53,046 bases of DNA, taken from positions 1 through 53,046 of the IMG/VR virus record IMGVR_UViG_3300032117_001271; one strand, written 5' to 3'. Origin of the DNA: a virus (lineage: Duplodnaviria; Caudoviricetes). Each line of letters begins with the position of its first letter. Positions within the stretch are counted from its first letter, which is position 1. Positions 1-9,280 of the stretch are shown in pieces. The translations under genes and the position numbers were made by a program. The notes under the pieces were generated by a model, which was not told the origin of the DNA, did not search any database, and worked only from the letters and a program-made list of their open reading frames with translations.

Positions 1-427
1 CTCTTAACATCCAGCTATGCTTTTTATGTGCATCTTGACGGTCGGCTAAGAAATTGCTTAATCCATGATCGCCATTTTGTTCTGCCATTTCAAAAGTAAT
101 ACGGAAAATATTAGCCATTTTTTCGCTATCTTCTAGTAATTCACGCAACATTGTTTGAAAATCTGGAACTTCGTTTTCGTCACGAACATTAGTTAGCATA
201 CTAAACTTTTGTAAACTTGCAGGTGTGTATATTTGTAATGCACGTAATTGTTCTGCAAATGTATCTATGCTTCCGTATACTTCTTCGTATATAGTTCCGA
301 ATAATCCGTGTAGTTGTGTGAACAACGGACCTTCTACGTTCCAGTGGAAGTTATGTGCCTTTAGATAAAAACTAAATTCACTAGCAAATGCTGTTTTAAG
401 AGCTAAATGATACTTGTTATGTTCCAT
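1..427 (-). CDS. dps: Dps/ferritin-like DNA protection protein (3' end runs off the window; not in the ORF track)
   Basis: Manual translation from the ATG at 427: MEHNKYHLALKTAFASEFSFYLKAHNFHWNVEGPLFTQLHGLFGTIYEEVYGSIDTFAEQLRAL...DAHKKHSWMLR. It has the Dps signature HNFHWNVxG..LH..F...Y......D..AE and the C-terminal KHxWML. Confidence 0.92.
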   Translation of the reverse strand, partial: MEHNKYHLALKTAFASEFSFYLKAHNFHWNVEGPLFTQLHGLFGTIYEEVYGSIDTFAEQLRALQIYTPASLQKFSMLTNVRDENEVPDFQTMLRELLEDSEKMANIFRITFEMAEQNGDHGLSNFLADRQDAHKKHSWMLR

Positions 428-897
428 TATATACCGTATTTGTTTCTTTTAGGTTTAGCCACTGGGCTTACTGTATTATTTTGTCCAGGTTCATCGCTAG
501 TAGGAGTTCCTAGTCTATCAACTTTAAGTCCATGTCGTTTAGCCTGTTGTACAACATAGTCGTGTTCTATAGGACTAAATGGCATGATCAGACCTTCTTG
601 ACCTAAACGGTCTTTACCTGGAATATTACGATCGCCTGCCGCAATACTAACACCTAAACGATACATACCGTAAGGGTTATTATCGATTTCAACACCGATC
701 GGTCCTGGCATAGCATTGAACTGTTCTGGATTTAGTTTATCTCGAGCACTTCCGTATTCTGTGTTACCTTCTGAACGGCTGTGAACATCATGCGGATCTC
801 CGTCGTTAGGCACTCCTAACTTTCCGTGAGTGTGATCTTTGGCCTTGTATATAACTTTTTGGCCTTTGTTTTCAGAAATAAATTCTTTTGCTCTCAT
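427..897 (-). CDS. Hypothetical protein, putative virion-internal protein; paralogous to the C-terminal module of 897..4361
   Basis: 156-aa ORF with leader MRAKEFISE. It shares PY..YR.G...A and SPVAK.KRNKYG(I/V) with the upstream protein. Confidence 0.7.
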   Translation of the reverse strand: MRAKEFISENKGQKVIYKAKDHTHGKLGVPNDGDPHDVHSRSEGNTEYGSARDKLNPEQFNAMPGPIGVEIDNNPYGMYRLGVSIAAGDRNIPGKDRLGQEGLIMPFSPIEHDYVVQQAKRHGLKVDRLGTPTSDEPGQNNTVSPVAKPKRNKYGI

Positions 898-3800
898 TAT
901 ACACCATACTTGTTGCGTTTTACTTTTGCAACAGGACTAATTTTATTTGTATCGGCTACTTCTTCGCTACGCATACTGCTTAATTTTTTAATTGGACCAG
1001 CTAGCGTATCTTTAGCGGCCTGTTGGATTATTTCGTATTCTTCATCTGTGAATACTGATAGCAAAGGATCTCCAGCCATAGGTCCTGCTGGAGGAATGTG
1101 GTTAGTGCCTTTACCGTCTGCAACAGCCATAGCAATACCAAAGCGATAACCTTGATAAGGACTTCCGTTAGATTTGTTTTGACTAATGCCTGGTATACTT
1201 AATCCGCCCTTGATAGCGGCAGAAGCGGCATCGGTATCCATCTTTGTAAAGTCAGCGTGTATATCACCCTCGTTAATAAAGTCTCTAGCTCTCATTTTTC
1301 TAATCCAATAATTTGCTTCTTTTATATTTAGCGGTTCTTCGGCAGGCGGATTATGAGCTGGGTGTTTAGGTTTAGCCAGACCTTTAGGACCATAATTGAT
1401 AGCATAGTCGTCATCTTTTGGACTCATATTAGTACGAACTCCGCTAGGAGAAGTGTGCGGTTTAGCAATCCCCATGCCTTTACGTGTTATGTCCATTAAA
1501 TGTAAAATCCATTCGCGACCTAATTTTTTAACATCGAACCCTTTTTCCCATAACGCTAGTTGTTGTTGTGGTGTAGCTTTAGGATCTTTAAGAATATTTC
1601 TTAATTGACTAAAACTCATACCAGTGCCGCGTGGAGTAGCTTCTAAACTAACTTTAACGTGTTCGTAGCCTTGGAATTTATTAACAGATTTCATTAATGC
1701 ATTGGCAATATTCATGCCTGCTTGATCTTCACCGACCATAATAATAATATTATCGTAACGTGGAGGTTTTCCTGGCAACGGATTAATTAATTCATGCTTA
1801 ATCTTTTGCATTAATGTACCGCCTTCGTGCGTAACAGTACTAATCTGTTTTGCATATTGCGGATACATTTTATGCCATGTTTGTACTTTTACACTTGTTG
1901 GTATTGGATCATTTTTACCTTCAGCATTTCCAATAAACAAGTATGGATCACCACCTACTTCTTGTGCTTTTTTAATCGTATAATCAAATAACTGTTCGTG
2001 TCCAATATGTCCAACAAAAGACCCGATGGCTACTACTGCTGTTTTGTTAGAATTTTCGCGAGGACGCTCTTGTCTTGCACTTGCCTTAGCGGCTAGTTTA
2101 GCACTAATAACATCTCGCTGTTCTTGACTAGTAATTTTAATAGGACCTAATCGACTATTAATAACAATACCTTCATAGTCTTTACCTAACAAGTCTTTAC
2201 CAACGATATTTGGATCGTTGATAATTGCTTTTTCTAATTCTAATTTAACAGGAGCTAGTTTTTCTTCAACTTCTTTTCTTAATTGTACACTAGCACGGTC
2301 ACGTTTGCCGTGTGTATCTGAAACAATGCGTTTAAGTTCATCAATATTATCTAGAACATTGATAATTTCAGTTACATCTAAAGGTTTATTTTGTGTAAGT
2401 GAATTACTAATGAACATTACACTTCCTTGCTGTCCAATGCTAGTAATAGTTTTAATAATCTTGCCAGCATCTGGAACATCTTCACCAGTAGTTGCATCTG
2501 CTACACGGAATGGTACTAGTGCTAATTGTACACCTTTAGGAAGTTTGTCGTAGTGTATACCTACAAATTTTAATTTGCCTTCTGGAGTTTCTGTGGCAAA
2601 TGGTAAAAACAATACTTCGCAAGTTACTTGCTTATTCATAAGCAACTCTGGGCCTGCGGCATCGTCGACTAGTTTAACTGCTTTAATCATTTCGTTAAAC
2701 AAGTCGTCAAACATTTTAGCACGGCCTAAGATTTCAGGATCTTGCGTACCTTTAGCTTGATGATATTTTAAAAAACTTGCTTCATATCGAGGAGCAGTAT
2801 TACTAGTACCCATGAAAGGCTTGCCTTCTGAGTCTTTACCAAAACGTCCACCGAATCCGTCTACTTTAACGTTTAACGGAATATTTTTTAAATGGAATTG
2901 TCCGTTACCTTGATGTAATTCGTCTACTAGATCTAAGAAGTCAATAGCTTTTAGATCTTTCATATGAGGCATATTTTTTCTAAGTTGAGCTTTAACTTCT
3001 GCCTCATTAATTTGTTCAGTTGGTTGAGCTGGACTTCTCCAGTCTGGCCACGTACCTGCGGCAATTGCGTCTTTTCTATGCTTGCCGTATTGTAACTTCT
3101 TACCAGCTTGATCTTGTGTTGGCTGATATTCACGTTTGAATTTTTCTAAATCTAAAAATTCGCCTTCATATTCTTTTGCCATTTCAACAGCAATTGGTCT
3201 TAGATTTTGTAATCCAAGTTTTTCTAACATCTGATCAACGGCAGAAAACTTAATTGCGGCATCGCCCTGTGGATCGTCACGTTCAATCATTTGAGCACCT
3301 GGCTCAAATAAAATTTCAAAGAAACGTTGTACTGTTTCTTGTTGTTCTTTTTGATTTAGATATTTTCCTATTAAATCAACAGTACCTAAAAAACTCCATT
3401 GTAATTTTAAATCTTCTGGACTAGGCTCTGCGTTAGGATTGTGTCTTAAAAACAGTTTTTTAAACTGACTTGCTAAATTTTGGTCGTATGCTCGTTCTGG
3501 TGCGGCTACTGGTTGCACCACCGGTAATTGTTGTTGCGGATTTTCTGGATGAGGTAATGTCTGGGGTTCACCAGTTTTTTCGTCATCTGCCGGTCCGTAA
3601 GGTTCGCTTAGACCACCGCCTTGCTTACCTGATACACCAAACGAATATTTTGAAACATGATCTGGTGCTACGTTTGTGACCTTAGCCTTACCACGTCCAG
3701 CAGAAGTTTTAACATGAGCGTGTACTTTAATCGCACCTGCTAATGCTCGATAAAGATATTTGTGAAATACACCTTTGACATTGTTAGTTACATCGCTCCA

Positions 3801-4361
3801 TTCAGAACTGTGACTAAACTTGAACCAATCATTAGGAACTCCGTTTTCGTATCCTCCAAATTCAAAGTCGATTTGAATTTTAATTGGAGGATTAGCAAAC
3901 TGGAATAGACCGTTATATTGTTCGTTACCTGCACCAAACCCTAAAAAAGTTGTATCGCCTATTTTTTTATTTGTATGTTTTGTTAAAAAATCTTTAACTA
4001 ATGGCTCTAAATCTCTATCGCATTGTGTATCGATGTCGCCAACTTTTGGTTTATGTTTAGCAAACTCTTCGTCACTAATACCTTCTGTATTAAAAAAGTG
4101 TAAACTACTTCCGCTTAGGAATTCTTTACTAGATAGTAGTTTAGGTTCCCATAAATTCTTTTTAGTTTGTTTATGGAACGCCGCATTAATGTCGTGTAGC
4201 AACTTATTTAGAAGTCCAACCATGTATGTACGGTTATGTACTTCTAAATTAATTTTATCTGCGTAGTGTACTGGCTCGCCTTTTTCTGCATCGCCGATAC
4301 TTAGGTTGCCGCCTTCATTGATAGCAGATGATTGACGAAAAAATAGCTCTCTTAAAAACAC
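897..4361 (-). CDS. Multidomain protein: pol-beta-like NTase, ligase-like KxDG domain, HIGH-motif (cytidylyltransferase-like) domain and a C-terminal module
   Basis: Motifs LSGSS...GDID (about 4029-4040), NVKVDG (about 2856-2870) with EGIVI (about 2161-2175), and AIGSFVGHIGH (HIGH at 1998-2009) followed by IMVGEDQ and SFSQLR. Confidence 0.7.
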   Translation of the reverse strand: MFLRELFFRQSSAINEGGNLSIGDAEKGEPVHYADKINLEVHNRTYMVGLLNKLLHDINAAFHKQTKKNLWEPKLLSSKEFLSGSSLHFFNTEGISDEEFAKHKPKVGDIDTQCDRDLEPLVKDFLTKHTNKKIGDTTFLGFGAGNEQYNGLFQFANPPIKIQIDFEFGGYENGVPNDWFKFSHSSEWSDVTNNVKGVFHKYLYRALAGAIKVHAHVKTSAGRGKAKVTNVAPDHVSKYSFGVSGKQGGGLSEPYGPADDEKTGEPQTLPHPENPQQQLPVVQPVAAPERAYDQNLASQFKKLFLRHNPNAEPSPEDLKLQWSFLGTVDLIGKYLNQKEQQETVQRFFEILFEPGAQMIERDDPQGDAAIKFSAVDQMLEKLGLQNLRPIAVEMAKEYEGEFLDLEKFKREYQPTQDQAGKKLQYGKHRKDAIAAGTWPDWRSPAQPTEQINEAEVKAQLRKNMPHMKDLKAIDFLDLVDELHQGNGQFHLKNIPLNVKVDGFGGRFGKDSEGKPFMGTSNTAPRYEASFLKYHQAKGTQDPEILGRAKMFDDLFNEMIKAVKLVDDAAGPELLMNKQVTCEVLFLPFATETPEGKLKFVGIHYDKLPKGVQLALVPFRVADATTGEDVPDAGKIIKTITSIGQQGSVMFISNSLTQNKPLDVTEIINVLDNIDELKRIVSDTHGKRDRASVQLRKEVEEKLAPVKLELEKAIINDPNIVGKDLLGKDYEGIVINSRLGPIKITSQEQRDVISAKLAAKASARQERPRENSNKTAVVAIGSFVGHIGHEQLFDYTIKKAQEVGGDPYLFIGNAEGKNDPIPTSVKVQTWHKMYPQYAKQISTVTHEGGTLMQKIKHELINPLPGKPPRYDNIIIMVGEDQAGMNIANALMKSVNKFQGYEHVKVSLEATPRGTGMSFSQLRNILKDPKATPQQQLALWEKGFDVKKLGREWILHLMDITRKGMGIAKPHTSPSGVRTNMSPKDDDYAINYGPKGLAKPKHPAHNPPAEEPLNIKEANYWIRKMRARDFINEGDIHADFTKMDTDAASAAIKGGLSIPGISQNKSNGSPYQGYRFGIAMAVADGKGTNHIPPAGPMAGDPLLSVFTDEEYEIIQQAAKDTLAGPIKKLSSMRSEEVADTNKISPVAKVKRNKYGV

Positions 4362-4363
4362 AT

Positions 4364-4738
4364 TTAGTCCTTATAACGTCCGTTAGAATGATGTGTTGTA
4401 TGTTCGTCATACAATTTTTCACATGCCTGGCTAAGTGTATCTTCGTTTATGTCGTCTGGAAGTTCACGAATAGGAAATTTTTTAATATAAACTTTATAAG
4501 ACTCTTCAACAGCCTTTTTAAAGATTTCGGGTTTAGGATCTTTCTTACCTTCTTTTAAATCTAAAAATTCACTTAAAGCTGGGTACAAATAACGACGATA
4601 GCAATGATCATCGTTTTCCATGAAATGTACTAGGTCTTCTGCAAGGTCATAGTTAATCTCACGGGAGCCATCTTCTCTTGGCATTACAAAGTCAGAATCT
4701 TTAAAAAAAGAACCTTCAAATAGTTCACGTATACGCAT
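4364..4738 (-). CDS. Hypothetical protein with MRIRELFE leader
   Basis: 124-aa ORF preceded by GATAAATA. Confidence 0.7.
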   Translation of the reverse strand: MRIRELFEGSFFKDSDFVMPREDGSREINYDLAEDLVHFMENDDHCYRRYLYPALSEFLDLKEGKKDPKPEIFKKAVEESYKVYIKKFPIRELPDDINEDTLSQACEKLYDEHTTHHSNGRYKD

Positions 4739-4784
4739 TTTTAAGCCCGTTAAAATAAATCAGCAGAAAACTCTGCGGTTAGAG

Positions 4785-4792
4785 TATTTATC
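4785..4792 (-). promoter_or_regulatory. Putative late promoter GATAAATA
   Basis: Intergenic, upstream of 4738. The same core recurs upstream of about 14 genes. Confidence 0.55.
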
Positions 4793-4807
4793 GCTTTTAC
4801 TACGAGT

Positions 4808-5410
4808 TTATTTTTTAACAATGCGCTCTACTTTAGCAATACTGCCGCCCAAGTGCATTTTTGCTAGTAAAAGATTGTTGTTACCTGTGATATAGAAGTG
4901 TTTTCCACCCCATGTGCGCGGTCTTAGCAAGTCCTTAATGCAACTCTTAGTGAGTTTAACTTTAGGATTTGTCTCAGCCCATTCGATAAATGCACTATGT
5001 TCTTGCGTAGTTTTGCCCAATGTAACTCTGAATTCAAAGTCCATCTTAGGCATTAGCACCGTTCCTTCTTCTAAATTACCGGCAGGAACACTGATATATT
5101 TCACATTATCTTCGCTAATCTTTGCTAGTACTTCTGTATCTTTTTTGTTGTTAGTATAGATACTGATCCAAGGACTTTCGACACGAACATCTATGTCTTT
5201 CATTTTGCTTAATGCATTATGTAGTTTAAATGCGTAGTCCAAGTCCTCTTGAGTCTTAATATGGTGAGATTTAGCAGTTAATGTAATCTTTTTTAAGGTA
5301 TCAAGCGCACTATCCAGGTCATTTCTAAAATAACTCGCGCCGGAACATACCAACACAATCTTGTATTGGTATTTTCCTCTAAATAAGCGTGTAGTGGTCT
5401 TATACTCCAT
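4808..5410 (-). CDS. Hypothetical protein
   Basis: 200-aa ORF overlapping the clpA end; no recognised motif. Confidence 0.7.
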   Translation of the reverse strand: MEYKTTTRLFRGKYQYKIVLVCSGASYFRNDLDSALDTLKKITLTAKSHHIKTQEDLDYAFKLHNALSKMKDIDVRVESPWISIYTNNKKDTEVLAKISEDNVKYISVPAGNLEEGTVLMPKMDFEFRVTLGKTTQEHSAFIEWAETNPKVKLTKSCIKDLLRPRTWGGKHFYITGNNNLLLAKMHLGGSIAKVERIVKK

Positions 5411-7688
5411 CTGGCAATGTAACTAGTTCTATAGTTGAATCAACAGTTAATAGCGGAACTTTGGGTTCTTTAGCTTTAGCAACAATAACCAACTTATCGT
5501 TATCAACTGTAATAGTAGCCCAACCACCTGATTTTAAATCGCCGAACAACATGAGTTTAGCAAGGTCACGTTTAATTTCCTTGTCAATAACACGTTGCAA
5601 TGGGCGAGCACCCATTTTGCTATCAAATCCTTTTTCAATTAACCATTCGATAGCATCTTTGTTAATCTTAATACGAATACCTTTATCTTTAACTTGATCT
5701 TTAAGCTCATCAACAAACTTGTTAACAATTTTAACCATTGTATCTTTGCCAAGTTTATTAAATGTAATAACACCGTCTAGACGATTACGGAATTCTGGAG
5801 TTAAAAACTTCTTCAAGTCTGCATCGCTGTAGTCTTTATCTTGTTTACCAAAGCCAATTGCGTTCTTCTCAGCACTTTGAGCACCAGCATTAGTAGTAAG
5901 AATAAGGATAATGTTACGGCAGTCTGCTTTCTTACCATTGCTTCCGGTAATAAAACCATTGTCCATTAATTGTAACAACACAGTCATTACATCTGGATGT
6001 GCTTTTTCAACTTCGTCTAACAACAATACAGCATTAGGAGCTTCTTGAACTTGTGTAATCAACTGTCCAGCATCTTCTTCAAAGCCAACATATCCTGGTG
6101 GGCTACCAATTAACTTACTAATACTGTGTTTCTCTTGATATTCACTCATATCAAAACGCAATAGTTTAACACCCAAGTGTTTAGCAAGCGATTTAGCTGT
6201 CTCAGTCTTACCAGTTCCAGTAGGCCCCATGAATACAAAGCTACCGACTGGTTTATTTTCAGTCTTAAGACCAGCTTGTGCAACCATAATCTTATCAACA
6301 ACTTCAGTCAATGCAAGCTCTTGCCCATAAACTTCCTTGTTTAGATTATCTTGTAGCGAAGACAAGTTGGAACTTTCTGTTTCCATAATCTTTTCTTCGG
6401 GCATGTTAACAATTTTAGAAAGTTCGTATTGAATTTCACGTTCAGTGATAATACGATCCTCTGAAAGTTTCAAATTAAAACGACTGCATGCCAAGTCGAT
6501 TAGGTCAATTGCCTTATCTGGTAACTTTTTATCTGTTTGATACTTAACTGACAATTTAATTGCGGCTTGCAATGCATCGTCTTTAATCTTAGTATTATGG
6601 AATTGTTCATAATACTTCTTAATACCTTTAAGAATTTGTAGTGTTACTTCTTGTGTAGGCTCGTCAACAGTAATGCGTTGGAATCGACGCATCAACGCAC
6701 GATCCTTTTCGAAGTGTTTACGATATTCTTCCCATGTTGTACTAGCAACAACTTTAATATTGCCCTTAGACAACGCAGGCTTCATCATATTAGCAAGGTC
6801 GTTGGCACTATTGCTTGCACTACCAGCACCGCTGATCATGTGTGCTTCATCGATAAACAAGACAGTTTTGCCCTTCTTAGCCAAAGCCTTTAGAACCATT
6901 TTAAATCGTTCTTCAAAGTCTCCACGGTACTTGCTACCTGCTAACATAGCACTGATGTCCAAGTTATAAACAGTATAATCCTTGAGGAAATCTGGAACTG
7001 CGCCCTTAACTATGTTGTATGCTAGACCTTCGGCTATAGCCGTCTTGCCTACACCAGGATCTCCAACAAGGATTACGTTGTTTTTACTACGACGCCCCAT
7101 TGCAAGTGCAATATTTTCTAATTCGTCTACTCGTCCAATCACTGGATCGATTTTATTCTTCTTAACTGCTTCGTTAAGGTTAGTTGTAAACGATGCAAGT
7201 GCTCGTCCACTACCAGCATCTCCCGGTGCTGGATCATTGCTTGCTTCGTCTTCCTCGACTGTATTGTTTAAATAGTCAGCAAACTTATCTTTATCAATGC
7301 CAGCTTGGTGAATATAAAAATATGCCCAACTACGTTTCTCGCCCATCATGGCAATAAACACATCTGTAGGTTCAATACGCTGACGTCCGTTAAACAAAAC
7401 CTGTGTAAATGCACGGTTAAGTACACGTTCGACAGCTTGCGTCTTTTTAGGTTTGATTACAACATCTTGTACAGTAATTTCTGCACATTTATTTTGTAGA
7501 TAATCTTGTAAATTAGTTTTGAGAGCATCTACGTTGCTTCCAAATCCTTTAATAATACCATTAAAATTATCTTCGCCCAACATTGCAAACAATAAATGTT
7601 CAATTGTTAAGTATTCGTGATGTAATTTTTTAGCACTATCGATAGCATTTTCGAAAACTGCTTGTAAGTTATCACTTGGTTCGACCAT
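5400..7688 (-). CDS. clpA: ATP-dependent Clp protease ATPase subunit ClpA
   Basis: Clp N domain (HEYLTIEHLL), two AAA+ modules (GDPGVGKT, FIDEAH; GPTGTGKT, LLDEVEKAH), pore loops KYRG and GYVG, the IGF ClpP-docking loop and GARPL. No ClpB-type M domain. Confidence 0.95.
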   Translation of the reverse strand: MVEPSDNLQAVFENAIDSAKKLHHEYLTIEHLLFAMLGEDNFNGIIKGFGSNVDALKTNLQDYLQNKCAEITVQDVVIKPKKTQAVERVLNRAFTQVLFNGRQRIEPTDVFIAMMGEKRSWAYFYIHQAGIDKDKFADYLNNTVEEDEASNDPAPGDAGSGRALASFTTNLNEAVKKNKIDPVIGRVDELENIALAMGRRSKNNVILVGDPGVGKTAIAEGLAYNIVKGAVPDFLKDYTVYNLDISAMLAGSKYRGDFEERFKMVLKALAKKGKTVLFIDEAHMISGAGSASNSANDLANMMKPALSKGNIKVVASTTWEEYRKHFEKDRALMRRFQRITVDEPTQEVTLQILKGIKKYYEQFHNTKIKDDALQAAIKLSVKYQTDKKLPDKAIDLIDLACSRFNLKLSEDRIITEREIQYELSKIVNMPEEKIMETESSNLSSLQDNLNKEVYGQELALTEVVDKIMVAQAGLKTENKPVGSFVFMGPTGTGKTETAKSLAKHLGVKLLRFDMSEYQEKHSISKLIGSPPGYVGFEEDAGQLITQVQEAPNAVLLLDEVEKAHPDVMTVLLQLMDNGFITGSNGKKADCRNIILILTTNAGAQSAEKNAIGFGKQDKDYSDADLKKFLTPEFRNRLDGVITFNKLGKDTMVKIVNKFVDELKDQVKDKGIRIKINKDAIEWLIEKGFDSKMGARPLQRVIDKEIKRDLAKLMLFGDLKSGGWATITVDNDKLVIVAKAKEPKVPLLTVDSTIELVTLPDGV

Positions 7689-8178
7689 TATAGTTCCTTA
7701 TCTTTTGTTGTTTCTTACGGGCCATTGCTAATTTTAGCATACTTGTTTTTTCTGTAAAACAGATACCATCTAAGTGATCCAGTTCATGTAAAAAGCATCT
7801 AGCTGTAATACCTGTTAATGTCATTTTACACTCTTGTGCATTTTTGTCAAGAAACTCGACATCAATTGTTTTTGGACGATTAACAGTTATGAACAAATCT
7901 GGAAAACTCAAACAGCCTTCTTCGTCTGTTTGTTGTTCTTCGCTGGCTGAAACAACACGAGGATTAAACATTGCCAATCTACGACCGTTTTCTAATTTAA
8001 TAACAAAAACTCTTTTTAGCAAACCAACTTGATTTGCCGCAAGTCCTATTCCGTTATTTGCAATCATAATATCGATCATTTCGTCTTCGACTTGATCGGC
8101 ATTGGCGTCTAAGCCGAAGTCCCAATCTTCGGCACGTTGTTTTAATATGGGATCAGGTTCTTTGACTAATTTTAGCAT
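7672..8178 (-). CDS. def: Peptide deformylase
   Basis: GIGLAANQVG, EGCLS and HELDHLDG motifs. Confidence 0.96.
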   Translation of the reverse strand: MLKLVKEPDPILKQRAEDWDFGLDANADQVEDEMIDIMIANNGIGLAANQVGLLKRVFVIKLENGRRLAMFNPRVVSASEEQQTDEEGCLSFPDLFITVNRPKTIDVEFLDKNAQECKMTLTGITARCFLHELDHLDGICFTEKTSMLKLAMARKKQQKIRNYNGRTK

Positions 8179-9028
8179 CTATATCTTTCAGTTGAGCTAC
8201 GATAACTGGATCAATAACAGGTGTTCCTTTAATTTTCACAGTTGTAACAAACCGTCCTCTGTACCCAGTATTTACATTTGGAAAGCCATTGCCACCGCTT
8301 GCAAATTCAGTTTCATGTTCTATACCTGCTCGTATTTCTAAATCTAACATTTGCCCTGCTAAATTGCTAACTTGTTTTTTACAACCAACCATAGCTTCGA
8401 TTGGAGTAATTTCTACAGCGTGATAAATGTCATCACCTCTACGTTCGTATCTGTGATCTGCTTGAACTAAAACAGTAACATTAAGATTACCGCGAGGTGC
8501 ACCTGGCAAACTATCGTCACCTAGTCCTGGATAACGAATGGTATCTCCGTTATTCACACCTGGCGGAATATTAATAACTACATTCTGGTTCTTTCCACTT
8601 GGTAATCGATAGTTGGCTTCTACTTGTTTACCGTTATAAGAATCTAAAAAACTTATTGTGCATTGAATGTTCAGATCTCTATTACGTTGTGGTTGTCTAA
8701 ATCCGCCCTGACGTCCGAAAATATGTTCAAATGGATGTCCTTGAGGAAATGCTCCGGCAAACGCACCTCCAAACGGATCAAAACCGCCTTGGAATGGATT
8801 CCCTGTATTAAAGTGAAATTGTTGTCCACCATACTGACGTTGATGGTCGTACTCTGCTTTCTTTTGTGCATCGCTTAAAGTTTCGTATGCAACACTAATA
8901 TCTTTGAATTTGGCTTGATCCCCACCTTTGTCGGGGTGATGCTGATTAGCCAATTTTCTATAGGCTTTTTTAATTTCGTCTGGGCTAGCAGTTTCGCTAA
9001 CACCTAGTGTTTGGTAGTAATCAGTCAT
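8153..9028 (-). CDS. dnaJ: DnaJ-class co-chaperone (class B/CbpA-like, no Zn finger)
   Basis: J domain DYYQTLGV...HHPDKGG, a G/F-rich linker and C-terminal DnaJ_C domains. No CxxCxGxG repeats. Confidence 0.92.
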   Translation of the reverse strand: MTDYYQTLGVSETASPDEIKKAYRKLANQHHPDKGGDQAKFKDISVAYETLSDAQKKAEYDHQRQYGGQQFHFNTGNPFQGGFDPFGGAFAGAFPQGHPFEHIFGRQGGFRQPQRNRDLNIQCTISFLDSYNGKQVEANYRLPSGKNQNVVINIPPGVNNGDTIRYPGLGDDSLPGAPRGNLNVTVLVQADHRYERRGDDIYHAVEITPIEAMVGCKKQVSNLAGQMLDLEIRAGIEHETEFASGGNGFPNVNTGYRGRFVTTVKIKGTPVIDPVIVAQLKDIDAKISQRT

Positions 9029-9034
9029 AGTCGT

Positions 9035-9082
9035 AAAAAAGCTCCAAATAATATAGTAATTATACTATCTTAAATGAAGCCT
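9035..9082 (-). terminator. Imperfect hairpin plus U-tract ending the lysis operon, overlapping the dnaJ promoter
   Basis: AGGCTTCA..TAAGATAGTA-TAAT-TACTATATTA..TGGAGCTT followed by TTTT. Confidence 0.5.
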
Positions 9083-9087
9083 GTCAA
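9059..9087 (-). promoter_or_regulatory. Consensus sigma70 promoter for dnaJ-def-clpA
   Basis: TTGACA (9087-9082), 17-nt spacer, TATAAT (9064-9059). Confidence 0.85.
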
Positions 9088-9096
9088 GATTTTGAA

Positions 9097-9270
9097 TTAC
9101 TTTTTCTTTGTCGGAATTGCTTCGCCTTCGAATTTTTTGTGATGTTTAACTTCTTTTTTGGCCGGAGCCTTCTTTGCGGCTACTGGTTTTTTAGCTGGTT
9201 CTGCATGTGCTACTTCGAAACATACAATACTCCAAACTACAATGTTTAACGCAATTAAAAACTTTTTCAT
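9097..9270 (-). CDS. Small secreted Lys-rich protein (57 aa; not in the ORF track)
   Basis: MKKFLIALNIVVWSIVCFEVAHA/EPAKKPVAAKKAPAKKEVKHHKKFEGEAIPTKKK*. It has a Sec signal with an AHA cleavage site and AAGGA upstream. Confidence 0.75.
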   Translation of the reverse strand: MKKFLIALNIVVWSIVCFEVAHAEPAKKPVAAKKAPAKKEVKHHKKFEGEAIPTKKK

Positions 9271-9280
9271 TTCAATTTCC

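Noticed and set aside
4761-4778. Small hairpin GCAGA-GTTT-TCTGC downstream of the late promoter for 4738
   Set aside because: A 5-bp stem with a poor U-tract; it cannot be distinguished from chance or from a weak terminator.
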